Assembly (NCBI GenBank): GCA_963422205.2
Contig: CAXMWX010000011.1
Span: forward strand, 1 to 64,000
From: Gammaproteobacteria bacterium
GTDB taxonomy: Bacteria > Pseudomonadota > Gammaproteobacteria > Eutrophobiales > Eutrophobiaceae
Length of the DNA stretch: 64,000 bases
Reading direction: 5' to 3'
Part shown: piece after piece, positions 29,215 to 40,590 of the stretch
How positions within the stretch are numbered: position 1 is the first letter of the stretch
Layout of the letters: the number at the start of each line of letters is the position of its first letter
Position numbers and translations under genes: made by a program
Notes under the pieces: generated by a model
The model's database searches: none
What the model was told of the DNA's origin: nothing
Seen by the model: the letters and a program-made list of their open reading frames with translations, nothing else

Positions 29215-29342
29215 TGGAGTTGCCTTGTGTGATTTTTGAAGGCTTTATATAACTATGCAAAGGTGCTGTAAACCTCTGGCATCGGCTATCACTTACGCTA
29301 TTCTCATCGTGTTCGTGAAAAATATTCTGCTCCCCTGATGGG

Positions 29343-30647
<1,305 letters not shown>

Positions 30648-30722
30648 TCATAGTATGGATGAAGTGTTGACAGGAATACTTATCCAAAAAGATGGTTTGA
30701 GACGATGCGATGAGGGCAGTGT

Positions 30723-31907
30723 TTACCGTATCTGTTGCAACTGCCAGCGCCCCTGCACAAGTACCAGTTCACGATCACAGGCCATCTCTTTTTTGCCGCC
30801 CGCCTGCCCGGGTAATTCACAGATCACCACCTCGCCCCCGGCCCGCAACTCATCAATCGCCTCATGCAGCCCCGGCACATCCGAACTTGGGGCAAAAATG
30901 CCCGGTGCTGTGGTGTAGGTGTGCGGGCTGAGTTCAAACAAACGCCTGGCATCGGTGCTGAAACCTGTCGCTGGTCGAAGCCGACCGAAGGCGGCACCAA
31001 TGCCATCATAGCGACCACCAAAGGCAATGCCCTGGCTCTCGCCGGGGACATAGGTGACAAAAGCAAGGCCGCTGTAGTAGTGGTAGCCGCCTGATTCTGT
31101 CAGATCAAAATACAAGGGCGCATTTTTCATGCGTTGAATTACGCCCTGGGCAATAGCCGTCAATTCTGCAAAGCAATCCATCACGACCTCACCGGAGTCT
31201 GCCAGCAGGGGCTTTATCTCATGCAGCACGGTCACATCGCCGGTCAGGTTAATCAGTTGCAACAAGACCTCTGAATGCCTTGTTGTTTTTGACCAGTCCC
31301 TGAAGCAGACGGCAAGCTCGCCAGCCGCCTTACGCCGCAGGCAATCAAACACCTCAGCTTCCTGTGCTGAGTTAAGCTCCAGATTATCGATCAGACCGCG
31401 CAGCAGCCCGATATGGTTGAGATCCACATGCAGCTTGCCGAGGCCCGTGTCATGCAGCGTCTTCAGCATCAGCGTGATGATCTCCACATCGCTTTGAAAA
31501 CCCGCATGACCGTATAACTCCGCCCCGACCTGTAACGGGGCACGGGTGCCGCCCTGTTCAGATGGCAAGGTATGCAGCACCGTCCCCAGATAACACAGCC
31601 GTGTCGGTATGTCCTGTTTCAGCTTGTGTGCATCGATCCGGGCGACCTGTGGTGTGGTGTCTGCCCGCAGCCCCAGCATCCTGCCGTTAAGCTGATCTAT
31701 CATCTTGAATGTCTGGAGTTCCAGATCCTTGCCGCTGCCGGTCAGCAGGGAATCGACGTATTCAACCAGCGGCGGCATCACCAGCGCATAGCCCCAAGTA
31801 CGAAACGAATCGATCAGCTGGCGGCACAGCCGATCCAGTGCCGCCGCATAAGGCGGCAACACCTCTTCTATGCCTGCCGGCATTAACCACCTGTCATCGG
31901 CGTTCAT
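30723..31907 (-). CDS. hisZ: ATP phosphoribosyltransferase regulatory subunit
   Basis: WLMPAGIEEVLP, LRADTTPQVARIDAH and GGRYD. Upstream of purA. Confidence 0.95.
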   Translation of the reverse strand: MNADDRWLMPAGIEEVLPPYAAALDRLCRQLIDSFRTWGYALVMPPLVEYVDSLLTGSGKDLELQTFKMIDQLNGRMLGLRADTTPQVARIDAHKLKQDIPTRLCYLGTVLHTLPSEQGGTRAPLQVGAELYGHAGFQSDVEIITLMLKTLHDTGLGKLHVDLNHIGLLRGLIDNLELNSAQEAEVFDCLRRKAAGELAVCFRDWSKTTRHSEVLLQLINLTGDVTVLHEIKPLLADSGEVVMDCFAELTAIAQGVIQRMKNAPLYFDLTESGGYHYYSGLAFVTYVPGESQGIAFGGRYDGIGAAFGRLRPATGFSTDARRLFELSPHTYTTAPGIFAPSSDVPGLHEAIDELRAGGEVVICELPGQAGGKKEMACDRELVLVQGRWQLQQIR

Positions 31908-32095
31908 CAACGTACCAGGTACAGCATCGCCAGCCCGAATAACATGCTGCACAAGCCCAGCACCCTGAGCGTGCTCTTGCTCATCTGGCTGGCAAGTAAA
32001 AACATCCTCTTCAGGCCATTGGGATTGAGGAAAGGCATGATGCCTTCGATGATAAAAACCAGCGCCACCGCAGAGAGCAAATCAGTCCACATCAT
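31907..32095 (-). CDS. yjeT: DUF2065 (YjeT) membrane protein
   Basis: ALVFIIEGIMPFLNP. Synteny after hflC. Confidence 0.9.
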   Translation of the reverse strand: MMWTDLLSAVALVFIIEGIMPFLNPNGLKRMFLLASQMSKSTLRVLGLCSMLFGLAMLYLVR

Positions 32096-32139
32096 CCGGC
32101 TGATGGCAGGCTGCAACTGTTTTTAGAGATCGTAACAAA

Positions 32140-32157
32140 GCCGGGGGGAAGCCCGGC
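32140..32157 (-). terminator. Possible intrinsic terminator after hflC
   Basis: GCCGGG/CCCGGC stem followed by TTTGTT on the minus strand. Confidence 0.4.
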
Positions 32158-32179
32158 GTTCTGATAGTAAAATCACGAC

Positions 32180-33058
32180 TTATCTGCCTTGCATACCATT
32201 GCCCTGCATATTATTAAAGTAGCGGAAAAATTCCGAGTCCGGCTCTAATAACAGAATATCCTGGCCATTGCTGAAGCTGTTACGATACGCATTCAGACTT
32301 CTGTAGAGCGTATAGAACTCCTCATCTTTGCCAAATGCAGAGGCGTAGATCTCGGTCGCCTGGGCATCACCTTCACCACGGATGGTCTCTGCATCCCGAT
32401 AGGCATTCGCCAGAATGATCTGTCTTTCCTTATCGGCATTCGCCCGAATGCGCTCGGCCGCTTCCTCGCCACGGGCGCGAAAGTCCTTGGCCACACGGGT
32501 GCGCTCGGCACGCATGCGATCATAGACTGAGTTGCTGACCTCCTCCGGCAGGTCGATGCGCTTGGTGCGGACATCCACCACAGTCACGCCCAACTCATCC
32601 AGCAGTTGTGCCGTCGTGCCCTCAACCACCTCCAGGATCTCGCCGCGCTCGCCAGCCACCACCTCCTGCACCGTGCGCTTGCCAAACTCATCACGCAGGG
32701 CGCGGTTGATGCGCTGGCTTAACAGATCGTTGGCGGCGTCTATATTGCCCTTGGTTGCGGTGTAAAAGGTTTCCACATTGGAGATGCGCCACTTGACATA
32801 GTAATCCACCAGCAGGTCTTTTTTCTCTACCGTGAGAAAACGTTCAGCCTGCTGATCCAGATTAAGCAGGCGGTTATCGAACTTCTGTATCGTATTGACG
32901 ATCGGGATCATAAAATGCAGGCCGGGTTGATAGCCGGAATCATCAATCTCGCGAAACTTGAACAAGATGGCCTGCTGGGTTTGCTGAACACGAAAGGTAA
33001 ACAGATAAAACAACACCGCCGCGGCGATAACAAGGCCCAAGGCTATTCTGGTATGCAT
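32180..33058 (-). CDS. hflC: FtsH modulator HflC
   Basis: SPFH domain, VYDRMRAER and FYTLYRSLNAY. Confidence 0.96.
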   Translation of the reverse strand: MHTRIALGLVIAAAVLFYLFTFRVQQTQQAILFKFREIDDSGYQPGLHFMIPIVNTIQKFDNRLLNLDQQAERFLTVEKKDLLVDYYVKWRISNVETFYTATKGNIDAANDLLSQRINRALRDEFGKRTVQEVVAGERGEILEVVEGTTAQLLDELGVTVVDVRTKRIDLPEEVSNSVYDRMRAERTRVAKDFRARGEEAAERIRANADKERQIILANAYRDAETIRGEGDAQATEIYASAFGKDEEFYTLYRSLNAYRNSFSNGQDILLLEPDSEFFRYFNNMQGNGMQGR

Positions 33059-33060
33059 GA

Positions 33061-34233
33061 TTATCTTGCCCCCCTGGTGCGGTTAGTCAAGCGATCGCGT
33101 ATGTCCTGCACCGTGCGACCGGCCGATTCGCTGTCCACAGTACGCGGCACATTAAAACCCGATGTGCCACTCGGCGGATTGTTCAATAGCTTGTCAATAG
33201 GTAAATACATCAGGCTGTTACCCCCCTCGGCATCAAGCAACACCTTGTTGGTGTTGGTCAGCACCGATTCGATGGACTCGATATACAGGCGCTTGCGGGT
33301 GATCGCCGGCGCCCGTGAATACTCAGCCAGCAGCTGGTTGAAGCGGGCGGCATCACCCTCGGCGCGGGCGATGCTCGATGCCTTGTAGCCATTGGCCTCT
33401 TCCCGCACCCGGGCCGCTTCACCCCGGGCACGAGGTATGATGTCGTTGCGGTAGGCCTCGGCCTCGTTCACCAGTCGTTGCTCATCCTCACGGGCCTTGA
33501 TTGCATCATCAAACGCGGCTTTTACTGCATCCGGCGGCTTGGCCGGCTGCATCTCCACGGTCACCACCAAAATACCCGCGGCATAGTCTTGCAGGATCTT
33601 CTGTATCAAGGCTTTTTGCCGGGAAGCAATCTCGCTGCGTCCCTCGGTCAACACAAAGTCGAGCTTGCTCTTGCCAATCACTGAACGTACCGCCGATTCG
33701 GTCACCTGTCGCAAGGTCTCTGCCGGTTGTCTCACATTAAACAGGTAATTGAAGGGATCGTTGATACGCCACTGCACCGCCACTTCCACATCAACGATAT
33801 TCTCATCCTGGGTCAGCATGGAGGCACGATGATTGATCGAGCGCACCTGGCCAACATTCACGCGCACCACCTCATCGATCGGCGTTGGCAGGGTGAAGCG
33901 CAGCCCCGGGTTGAGCGTGGTGACATAACGACCAAAGCGCTTGACCACCCCCCGCTCCTGCTGATCTATCTGATGCGTTACGTTATAGGCAATGACAAGC
34001 CCGACCAGCACAAGCAGAATTACCCAGATAATCGCCGGGCTACCACCCCCACTGCCGTGTTTCGTTGTAGATGATTTTTTGCCAAACAGACCACCAAAGC
34101 CTGCCTGCATTTTTTTGACAATCTCATCCAGGTCGGGCGGCCCCTCATCCTGGTTACGGCCACCCCACGGATCTCTGTTGGGATCTTTACGGGGGTCTTT
34201 ATTTTTTTTATCTGGCGGTTCGTTCCAGCCCAT
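33061..34233 (-). CDS. hflK: FtsH modulator HflK
   Basis: MGWNEP, GPPDLDE, MLTQDENIV and AFDDAIKAREDE. Confidence 0.96.
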   Translation of the reverse strand: MGWNEPPDKKNKDPRKDPNRDPWGGRNQDEGPPDLDEIVKKMQAGFGGLFGKKSSTTKHGSGGGSPAIIWVILLVLVGLVIAYNVTHQIDQQERGVVKRFGRYVTTLNPGLRFTLPTPIDEVVRVNVGQVRSINHRASMLTQDENIVDVEVAVQWRINDPFNYLFNVRQPAETLRQVTESAVRSVIGKSKLDFVLTEGRSEIASRQKALIQKILQDYAAGILVVTVEMQPAKPPDAVKAAFDDAIKAREDEQRLVNEAEAYRNDIIPRARGEAARVREEANGYKASSIARAEGDAARFNQLLAEYSRAPAITRKRLYIESIESVLTNTNKVLLDAEGGNSLMYLPIDKLLNNPPSGTSGFNVPRTVDSESAGRTVQDIRDRLTNRTRGAR

Positions 34234-34273
34234 TTTTTATCCTCAGCTAACTGTGAATGAAAACTTCAGCACA

Positions 34274-35608
34274 TCATGGTATCACAAACCGGGAGGCGTG
34301 CGGTCGCATTACCTGTTCCGGCTTGAGACCATTTTCCTGGCATAACCGCTGCAATACCGCAGGGGCGACCTCGATCTGCATCAACCAGTCGCCGTTCGCT
34401 GCCACCTCTTCGGCATGTACCCTGGCACAGGCAAACAGCCCGGCACGAAGCCTGCCGGCGGTGGCGGGCAGCTTGAGGTCATGTGCAAAACGATCGCCAC
34501 CAACCGCCGCAGCCAGCCGCTGTTTCAAGCTGGCAATCCCGACCCCGGTCCTGGCCGATACCCAGGCTTTACCTGTGCTGCCATTCCCCGATCTTTCGGC
34601 AGGCAGGTTATCTGGACACAGATCGATTTTATTGTAGACGATGATCTGCGGTATGTGCTGTGCGCCCAATGCCTGAATGACCTGATTAACCTCCGCAATG
34701 CGTAACTGGCTGTCCTCATTGACAGCCACCACATGTAACAGCAGATCAGCCGCCCGCACTTCTTCCAGTGTGGCATGAAATGACTCGATCAAATCATGCG
34801 GAATATGGCGGATAAAACCGACCGTATCGCTGAGTAATATGCCGGTGTTGTGCTGCAATTCAAGCCGTCTGATGGTGGGATCAAGCGTGGCAAATAATTT
34901 ATCTGCCGCATACACATCCGCACCGGTCAGGCGATTGAACAAAGACGATTTACCGGCGTTGGTGTAACCCACCAGGGATGCCTGCAAAAGTCGGCTTCTC
35001 TTGCGTAGACGCTGGCCCTGCCGCCGCTGGCGCTTGACCTTCTCCAGGCGGGCATTGATCGTCTTGATGCGCTTGCCCAGCAGGCGCCGGTCGGTCTCCA
35101 GCTGCATCTCGCCCGGGCCACGAAGGCCAATGCCGCCTTTTTGTCTTTCCAGGTGCTGCCAGCCCCTGACCAGACGGGTAGAGAGATGCTGCAACTGTGC
35201 CAGTTCAACCTGCAATTTACCCTCATGGCTGCGGGCGCGTTGTGCAAAAATATCCAGAATCAGACCGACGCGATCAAGCACCCGGCAGCTAACGATTTTC
35301 TCTATATTTCGCTCTTGTGCCGGCGTTAAGGCATGGTTAAACACGATCAACTCAAGCTGCTGCTGCCGGGCCTGCTGTGCCAACTCATCCACCTTGCCGC
35401 TGCCGATAAAGCAACGGGGGTCTGGCACGGCACGGCTGCCCTTGATGATGGCTGCCGGTGTGATACCCGAGGACTGGGCAAGCAACAGAAACTCATCAAA
35501 CTCCTCGTTGTACTGTGGGCTGCGGAAATTGATGTGAACAAGCGCCGCACGCACGCTGGCCCTGGCAGTGGCCTTGGCCCCGGCAGTAGCGTTGACATCA
35601 CGTCTCAA
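34274..35608 (-). CDS. hflX: GTPase HflX
   Basis: GPGEMQLETDRR, GYTNAGKS and DTVGF. Confidence 0.96.
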   Translation of the reverse strand: MRRDVNATAGAKATARASVRAALVHINFRSPQYNEEFDEFLLLAQSSGITPAAIIKGSRAVPDPRCFIGSGKVDELAQQARQQQLELIVFNHALTPAQERNIEKIVSCRVLDRVGLILDIFAQRARSHEGKLQVELAQLQHLSTRLVRGWQHLERQKGGIGLRGPGEMQLETDRRLLGKRIKTINARLEKVKRQRRQGQRLRKRSRLLQASLVGYTNAGKSSLFNRLTGADVYAADKLFATLDPTIRRLELQHNTGILLSDTVGFIRHIPHDLIESFHATLEEVRAADLLLHVVAVNEDSQLRIAEVNQVIQALGAQHIPQIIVYNKIDLCPDNLPAERSGNGSTGKAWVSARTGVGIASLKQRLAAAVGGDRFAHDLKLPATAGRLRAGLFACARVHAEEVAANGDWLMQIEVAPAVLQRLCQENGLKPEQVMRPHASRFVIP

Positions 35609-35629
35609 AATGCAACACCGTATCCAGCG

Positions 35630-35869
35630 TTATTCGGCACTCTCATCATCGATGCGAGGCAGTTTGATGTTCCTTGTCGGGACGATTGTTGAAACAGCAT
35701 GTTTGTAGACGATCTGACTGATTGAATTTTTCAACAGGATGACGAACTGATCAAACGATTCGATCTGCCCCTGTAACTTGATGCCATTCACCAGATAAAC
35801 AGAAACAGGAACACGCTCTTTCCTTAAATTGTTAAGAAACGGGTCCTGTAGTGTTTGCCCCTTGCTCAT
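35630..35869 (-). CDS. hfq: RNA chaperone Hfq
   Basis: [17 protein letters not shown] and [10 protein letters not shown]. Confidence 0.98.
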   Translation of the reverse strand: MSKGQTLQDPFLNNLRKERVPVSVYLVNGIKLQGQIESFDQFVILLKNSISQIVYKHAVSTIVPTRNIKLPRIDDESAE

Positions 35870-35939
35870 GACTGATCTCCTTTACTGACATGATAGTTAT
35901 GCTTCAAACAAATACTGAAAATCCCAACATGGCAGTATA

Positions 35940-36896
35940 TTACAAAGTGTTGCTGAAAGCCGGATATTTGTTGATTTCAGATAAAATTTTATTCGCAATG
36001 CCGGTATCGCCAGCAGCCAGCCAGATGGTGTCTGCCTCCGCCCGGAACCAGGTAAGCTGCCGTTTGATGAGTTGCCGTGTGGCGGCGATGGCCTGATCAC
36101 GCATCGTCTGATAAGAGGATTTGCCTGCCAGATGCTGCCAGACCTGACGATAACCCACCAGGCGCATGGCATTCAGGCCGGGGTGCATATCCTCCCGCCG
36201 GTAGAAGCCATGCACCTCATCCAGCAGGCCCTGGGCAAGCATCCGCTCAAACCGTGCGGCCACCGCCTGGTGCAATACCGCCCTCTCGGCAGGTGCCAGG
36301 ACAAACTTCACCAGGCAGGCGTTCAACGGGGCCACTCGGCCGGCGGCCAGCAAGGCGGACAGGGGCTTGCCCGTGATGACATAAACTTCCAGGGCGCGCT
36401 GGATCCGTTGTGGATCATTGGGGTGGATACGTGCTGCACTCGGCGGGTCAATCTCAGCCAGCCTGGCGTGCGCCCTGTGCATCCCCCATTGCTGCATCCA
36501 GGCCGACAGCCGGGCACGAGTCGCCGCATCGGTGGTGGGCAGCGTGGAAAACCCCTGCTCTAAGAGACGAAAATACAAGCCCGTCCCCCCCACCAGCAAC
36601 GGGATATTGCCCCGTTTTCGAATCGCCTGAATGGCCGCCAGCGCATCCCGGCAAAACCGGCCGGCAGAGTAGTTTTCCGTCGGCTCGCAAATATCGATCA
36701 AGCGGTGCGGGGCGATGGCCTGTTCGGCCGGTGTCGGTTTGGCTGTGCCGATATCAAGGCCACGGTAGACCAGGGCGGAATCCACACTGATGATCTCTAC
36801 CGGCAGATGTGCCTGCAATGCCAGCGCCAGCACCGTCTTGCCGCTGCCTGTTGGCCCCATCAGACCGATAAGCGGTAATTCAGGACGGCCTTGCAT
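35940..36896 (-). CDS. miaA: tRNA dimethylallyltransferase
   Basis: GPTGSGKT, DSALVYRGLDIGTAKP. Start set at MQGRPE. Confidence 0.96.
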   Translation of the reverse strand: MQGRPELPLIGLMGPTGSGKTVLALALQAHLPVEIISVDSALVYRGLDIGTAKPTPAEQAIAPHRLIDICEPTENYSAGRFCRDALAAIQAIRKRGNIPLLVGGTGLYFRLLEQGFSTLPTTDAATRARLSAWMQQWGMHRAHARLAEIDPPSAARIHPNDPQRIQRALEVYVITGKPLSALLAAGRVAPLNACLVKFVLAPAERAVLHQAVAARFERMLAQGLLDEVHGFYRREDMHPGLNAMRLVGYRQVWQHLAGKSSYQTMRDQAIAATRQLIKRQLTWFRAEADTIWLAAGDTGIANKILSEINKYPAFSNTL

Positions 36897-38599
36897 TGAG
36901 TAAACTGGCCAGCTGTTCGGCATCGAGAACACGCCAGAGCCCGGGATGTTCTTTTGTCTGTGTGTCCAGCGTGGACTCCGCCATCCAGCCAAGACACATC
37001 ACAGCTTGTGACGGGGTGATGTTCGCAACACGCATCAACACACTCTGGCACATCGCTGCGATGATCCCAGGGCAGCTGGCATCTGTGGTGTTGCTGCCAT
37101 TTAAGGCCCCCGCCTATCGCCGTCAGTAAATCTGCAATATTTCCCTCTTCCAGCAGCGCCGGAATCGCCTTTATCTGCACGGTATTGATGCCCGTCAGGC
37201 GAATATGCACCCCCAGCCGCTCCAGGCGGTGCTGATGGGTTTCGAGTAGTTGAAAATGCGCTTGTGTGACCTGTTGCATAACCGGCACCAGCAGCGGCCG
37301 GTGTTTGATGGCATCCTGTTCAAACTGCATCTGCAAGCGTTGTTCAAGCAGCACACGCCACAGGGCCAGGGCATCGATCAACCAGCCAGCCTCACCACGT
37401 TCGACTATCAGATAGCGGCCGGCCAGCAGCAGAACCGGCCCCTGTTCAGCAAACAATGAAGCTGACCGGGCGCTGGCTACATTGGCAGCCGATGGGGGCC
37501 GGCGGGATAACAGCGCTGGCGGCGAGTATGGCGGCAGCGGCCGCTCGGCTATTTGCTGGCTATCCGATGCCGGCGGTATGCAGTAGCTGGTGGCCTCGTC
37601 CAGGACGACTCGCAAGCTGCTGTGGATGAAGTTATGTATGTCCCTCGGCTGCTTGAAACGTACCTCGCTCTTGGTCGGATGGACGTTAATATCCACCCGC
37701 ACCGGGTCTACCTCCAAATACAGTATCCAGGTGGCATAGCGCCCCTGGGGCAGCCGGTCGGCATAGATCATCCGAATGCTGCGTGCCAGCCGCGGGTCAC
37801 GAATTAGCCTGCCATTGATAAACAGGTACTGCATGTCAGACTGGCTACGATGATGATGCGGCTGCCCCAGCCACCCCCAGATACTGGTGTTTTCCTGCTG
37901 GCAATTAACACGCACGGCATTATCGAGAAACGCCTTGCCCATGATCTCCGCCACCCGCTGCTTTGGGTCAGCGCTGCTGTCACGGCAGTTCATGATCATT
38001 TTATTGTTATGCACCAGCCGGATGCGGTTTGCCAGCCGACTCAAGGCCAGACGCTTGACCATCTCATGCACATGTAAAAATTCGGTGCGCTCCGCCCGAA
38101 GAAATTTTTTTCGGGCGGGGGTCGGCTGGAATAAATCATCCACCGCCACGCTGGTGCCTGCCGGATGCGCTGCCGGTTGCAGGTGTCTGTAGTTACTGAC
38201 CGGATCGATGGCCAGTGACCATCCGGTCTCTGCCGCCTGAATACGGCTGTTGAGTTGAAAACGCGCCACGGCGGCGATACTGGCCAGGGCTTCACCACGA
38301 AACCCCAGGCTGCTGATACAATCGAGATCACTTTGCGCCCGCAGCTTGCTGGTGCTGTGCCGGTCAAGGGCTAATTCCAGGTCTGCCGGATGGATACCAT
38401 GCCCGTTATCACGCACCAGAATATGCCGTGTCCCGCCCGCTTCCAATTCGATCATGATGTCATCGGCACCGGCATCAAAGGCATTTTCCAGCAATTCCTT
38501 GACCACCGAGGCCGGCCTTTCAACCACCTCACCGGCGGCGATCTGGTTTGACAGCGTCCGGGGTAATTTTTGGATGCGGGGCAGCGTCATCGTCATCAC
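36880..38599 (-). CDS. mutL: DNA mismatch repair protein MutL with apparent frameshift at the C5 run 37107-37111
   Basis: NQIAAGEVVERP, GFRGEAL and VDINVHPTK. A MutL-like C-terminus (..HPGLWRVLDAEQLASLL) continues in an alternative frame to TGA at 36880. Confidence 0.9.
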
Positions 38600-38697
38600 C
38601 CGGCAAGAGTAGATTCCTCATCCGGGAAAGTCCAGCACAGGCCGCCCGGATGCGAATCGCTCGCCGGCCCATTGGCCCGCAAGCACAGGCGGACAAC

Positions 38698-40023
38698 TCA
38701 GCCGCCCGAGGATGACGGGATTCTCAACACCTGGCCTATTCTGATTCGATCGCCCCGGATCTGGTTGATCTGCTTCAAGCGGGCGATGCTCACCCGGTAC
38801 TGCGTGGCAATGTCAGACAGGGTATCGCCACGGGTGATGACATGTTGCCGGGCGATGTGTTGCCGGGCCGCCAGCAAAGTGCCTTCGGGGGCGCTGGTGT
38901 AAAAATAGCTTCGCAGGCCGCTGACGATGGCTGTCGTGAGTTTGTCCTGGTGGGTTTTACTTAACAGCTTGCGCTCTTCCTGCGGGTTGGAAATAAATGC
39001 TGCCTCAATCAGAATAGAGGGAATATCGGGCGACTTTAATACCGCAAAGCCCGCGGATTCAACCCGCCGCTTGTGCAGCTTGCCTACCGATTTCAAGCCG
39101 CTCAACACCTTCTCGGCCACATCAATGCTCGCTTCCAGACTGGCCGACTGCGATAAATCCAGCAACACCGAGGCCAGCATGTCATCTTTATCATCCAGCT
39201 TCACACCGCCGATCAGATCCGAGGCATTTTCCCGCTGTGCCAGCCAGCGCGCATGCACACTGCTGGCCCCGCGGGTGGATAAGACATATACAGAAGACCC
39301 CTTGACCCGCGAATCCTTAAACGCATCGGCATGGATGGACATAAACAGATCAGCCCGATATTTGCGCGCCAGCTTGATCCGTTTTTTCAGGCTGAGATAG
39401 TAATCGCCTTCACGTATAAGCACCGCCCGCATTCCGCGTTCACGATTGATTTTTTTGTCCAGACGTCTGGCTAGTTGCAGAACAATGTCTTTCTCCCAGC
39501 TGCCTTTAGGGCCACGCGCCCCCGGGTCTTCCCCGCCATGGCCTGCATCAATGGCAATGATGACATCACGCAGTGCCGCTGTCGGTACCTCATCGGCAAT
39601 AAGCCGAGCGGGTGCGGCCTCCTCCTCTTCCTCGCCATACAGATCGATGACCAGACGATGACCGTAGCGCTGATTCGGGGTTAATTGAAAACTCTTTACC
39701 CGAGCAAATTTTTTCAAGTCCAAGACAACACGCAGGTGCTGCTGATGGGGCGCACTTCGAAGGCGTTGCAGGAACTTGTCCTGTGGTGTTGGCTGGGTCA
39801 GTCTGGCGGGTGCGCTGATGTCCTCGATATCGACCACGACCCGAAAAGGATTATCCAGTGATTCCAGTCGATAGCGGACACGCTCGCTGACATCAAATAC
39901 CACCCGGGTGCTGTCCGGGGCAGACCAGATACGAACAGTTTTGAGATCACTATCTGCCCCCTGACTGTGGGCCGATACCAGCAAAAAACCCAATGAAAAA
40001 CAAGCAGTTAGTAAAAATCGCAT
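38698..40023 (-). CDS. amiB: N-acetylmuramoyl-L-alanine amidase (AMIN, Amidase_3, LysM)
   Basis: IDAGHGGEDPGA, SIHAD and a C-terminal LysM. Upstream of mutL. Confidence 0.93.
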   Translation of the reverse strand: MRFLLTACFSLGFLLVSAHSQGADSDLKTVRIWSAPDSTRVVFDVSERVRYRLESLDNPFRVVVDIEDISAPARLTQPTPQDKFLQRLRSAPHQQHLRVVLDLKKFARVKSFQLTPNQRYGHRLVIDLYGEEEEEAAPARLIADEVPTAALRDVIIAIDAGHGGEDPGARGPKGSWEKDIVLQLARRLDKKINRERGMRAVLIREGDYYLSLKKRIKLARKYRADLFMSIHADAFKDSRVKGSSVYVLSTRGASSVHARWLAQRENASDLIGGVKLDDKDDMLASVLLDLSQSASLEASIDVAEKVLSGLKSVGKLHKRRVESAGFAVLKSPDIPSILIEAAFISNPQEERKLLSKTHQDKLTTAIVSGLRSYFYTSAPEGTLLAARQHIARQHVITRGDTLSDIATQYRVSIARLKQINQIRGDRIRIGQVLRIPSSSGG

Positions 40024-40128
40024 GAAACTCTGACCCGTTTGCATTGACAATGGTCATCATAATTTCAATTTTTTATTAAGAAATCAAGCTATCTCAGTGT
40101 TTTTTATGGGTTTATATTTAATTCTTGT

Positions 40129-40590
40129 CTAAACAAGCGCCCTGACTTCGGCCAAAGCCCTCTGGCCCAGCGCCGTTCCCGCCGTGCATGATAAGTCCCT
40201 GCCGGGGTTTTGCATGCACAGCACAATCTCAAGATCAGCCCGGCCCAGCAAACCCGCCGCCCGCTCCGGCCACTCCACCAGAGAACAACTCGGCGGGTCG
40301 AAATAGTCACGATAGCCGATCGAATCCAGCTCAGCGGCATCGGCCAGGCGATAAAAATCAAAGTGATAGATGGCATGCCCCTGCAACTGATACGACTCAA
40401 CCAGGGTATAGGTCGGGCTTTTGACCGCCCCCTCATGCCCCAGGCTACGCAGCAGGCCACGCACGAAGGTGGTCTTGCCCGCCCCCAGCGCTCCTTGCAG
40501 ATGAATGTTTATCCCCTGCCCGACATACCTGCCGAACAAACCGGCAAAGGTCTGCAAACTGGCCTCGCTGCGACAGTGAAGCCTCAACAC
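40129..40590 (-). CDS. tsaE: tRNA threonylcarbamoyladenosine biosynthesis ATPase
   Basis: GALGAGKTT, VKSPTYTLVE and HFDFYRL. Confidence 0.96.
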   Translation of the reverse strand: MLRLHCRSEASLQTFAGLFGRYVGQGINIHLQGALGAGKTTFVRGLLRSLGHEGAVKSPTYTLVESYQLQGHAIYHFDFYRLADAAELDSIGYRDYFDPPSCSLVEWPERAAGLLGRADLEIVLCMQNPGRDLSCTAGTALGQRALAEVRALV

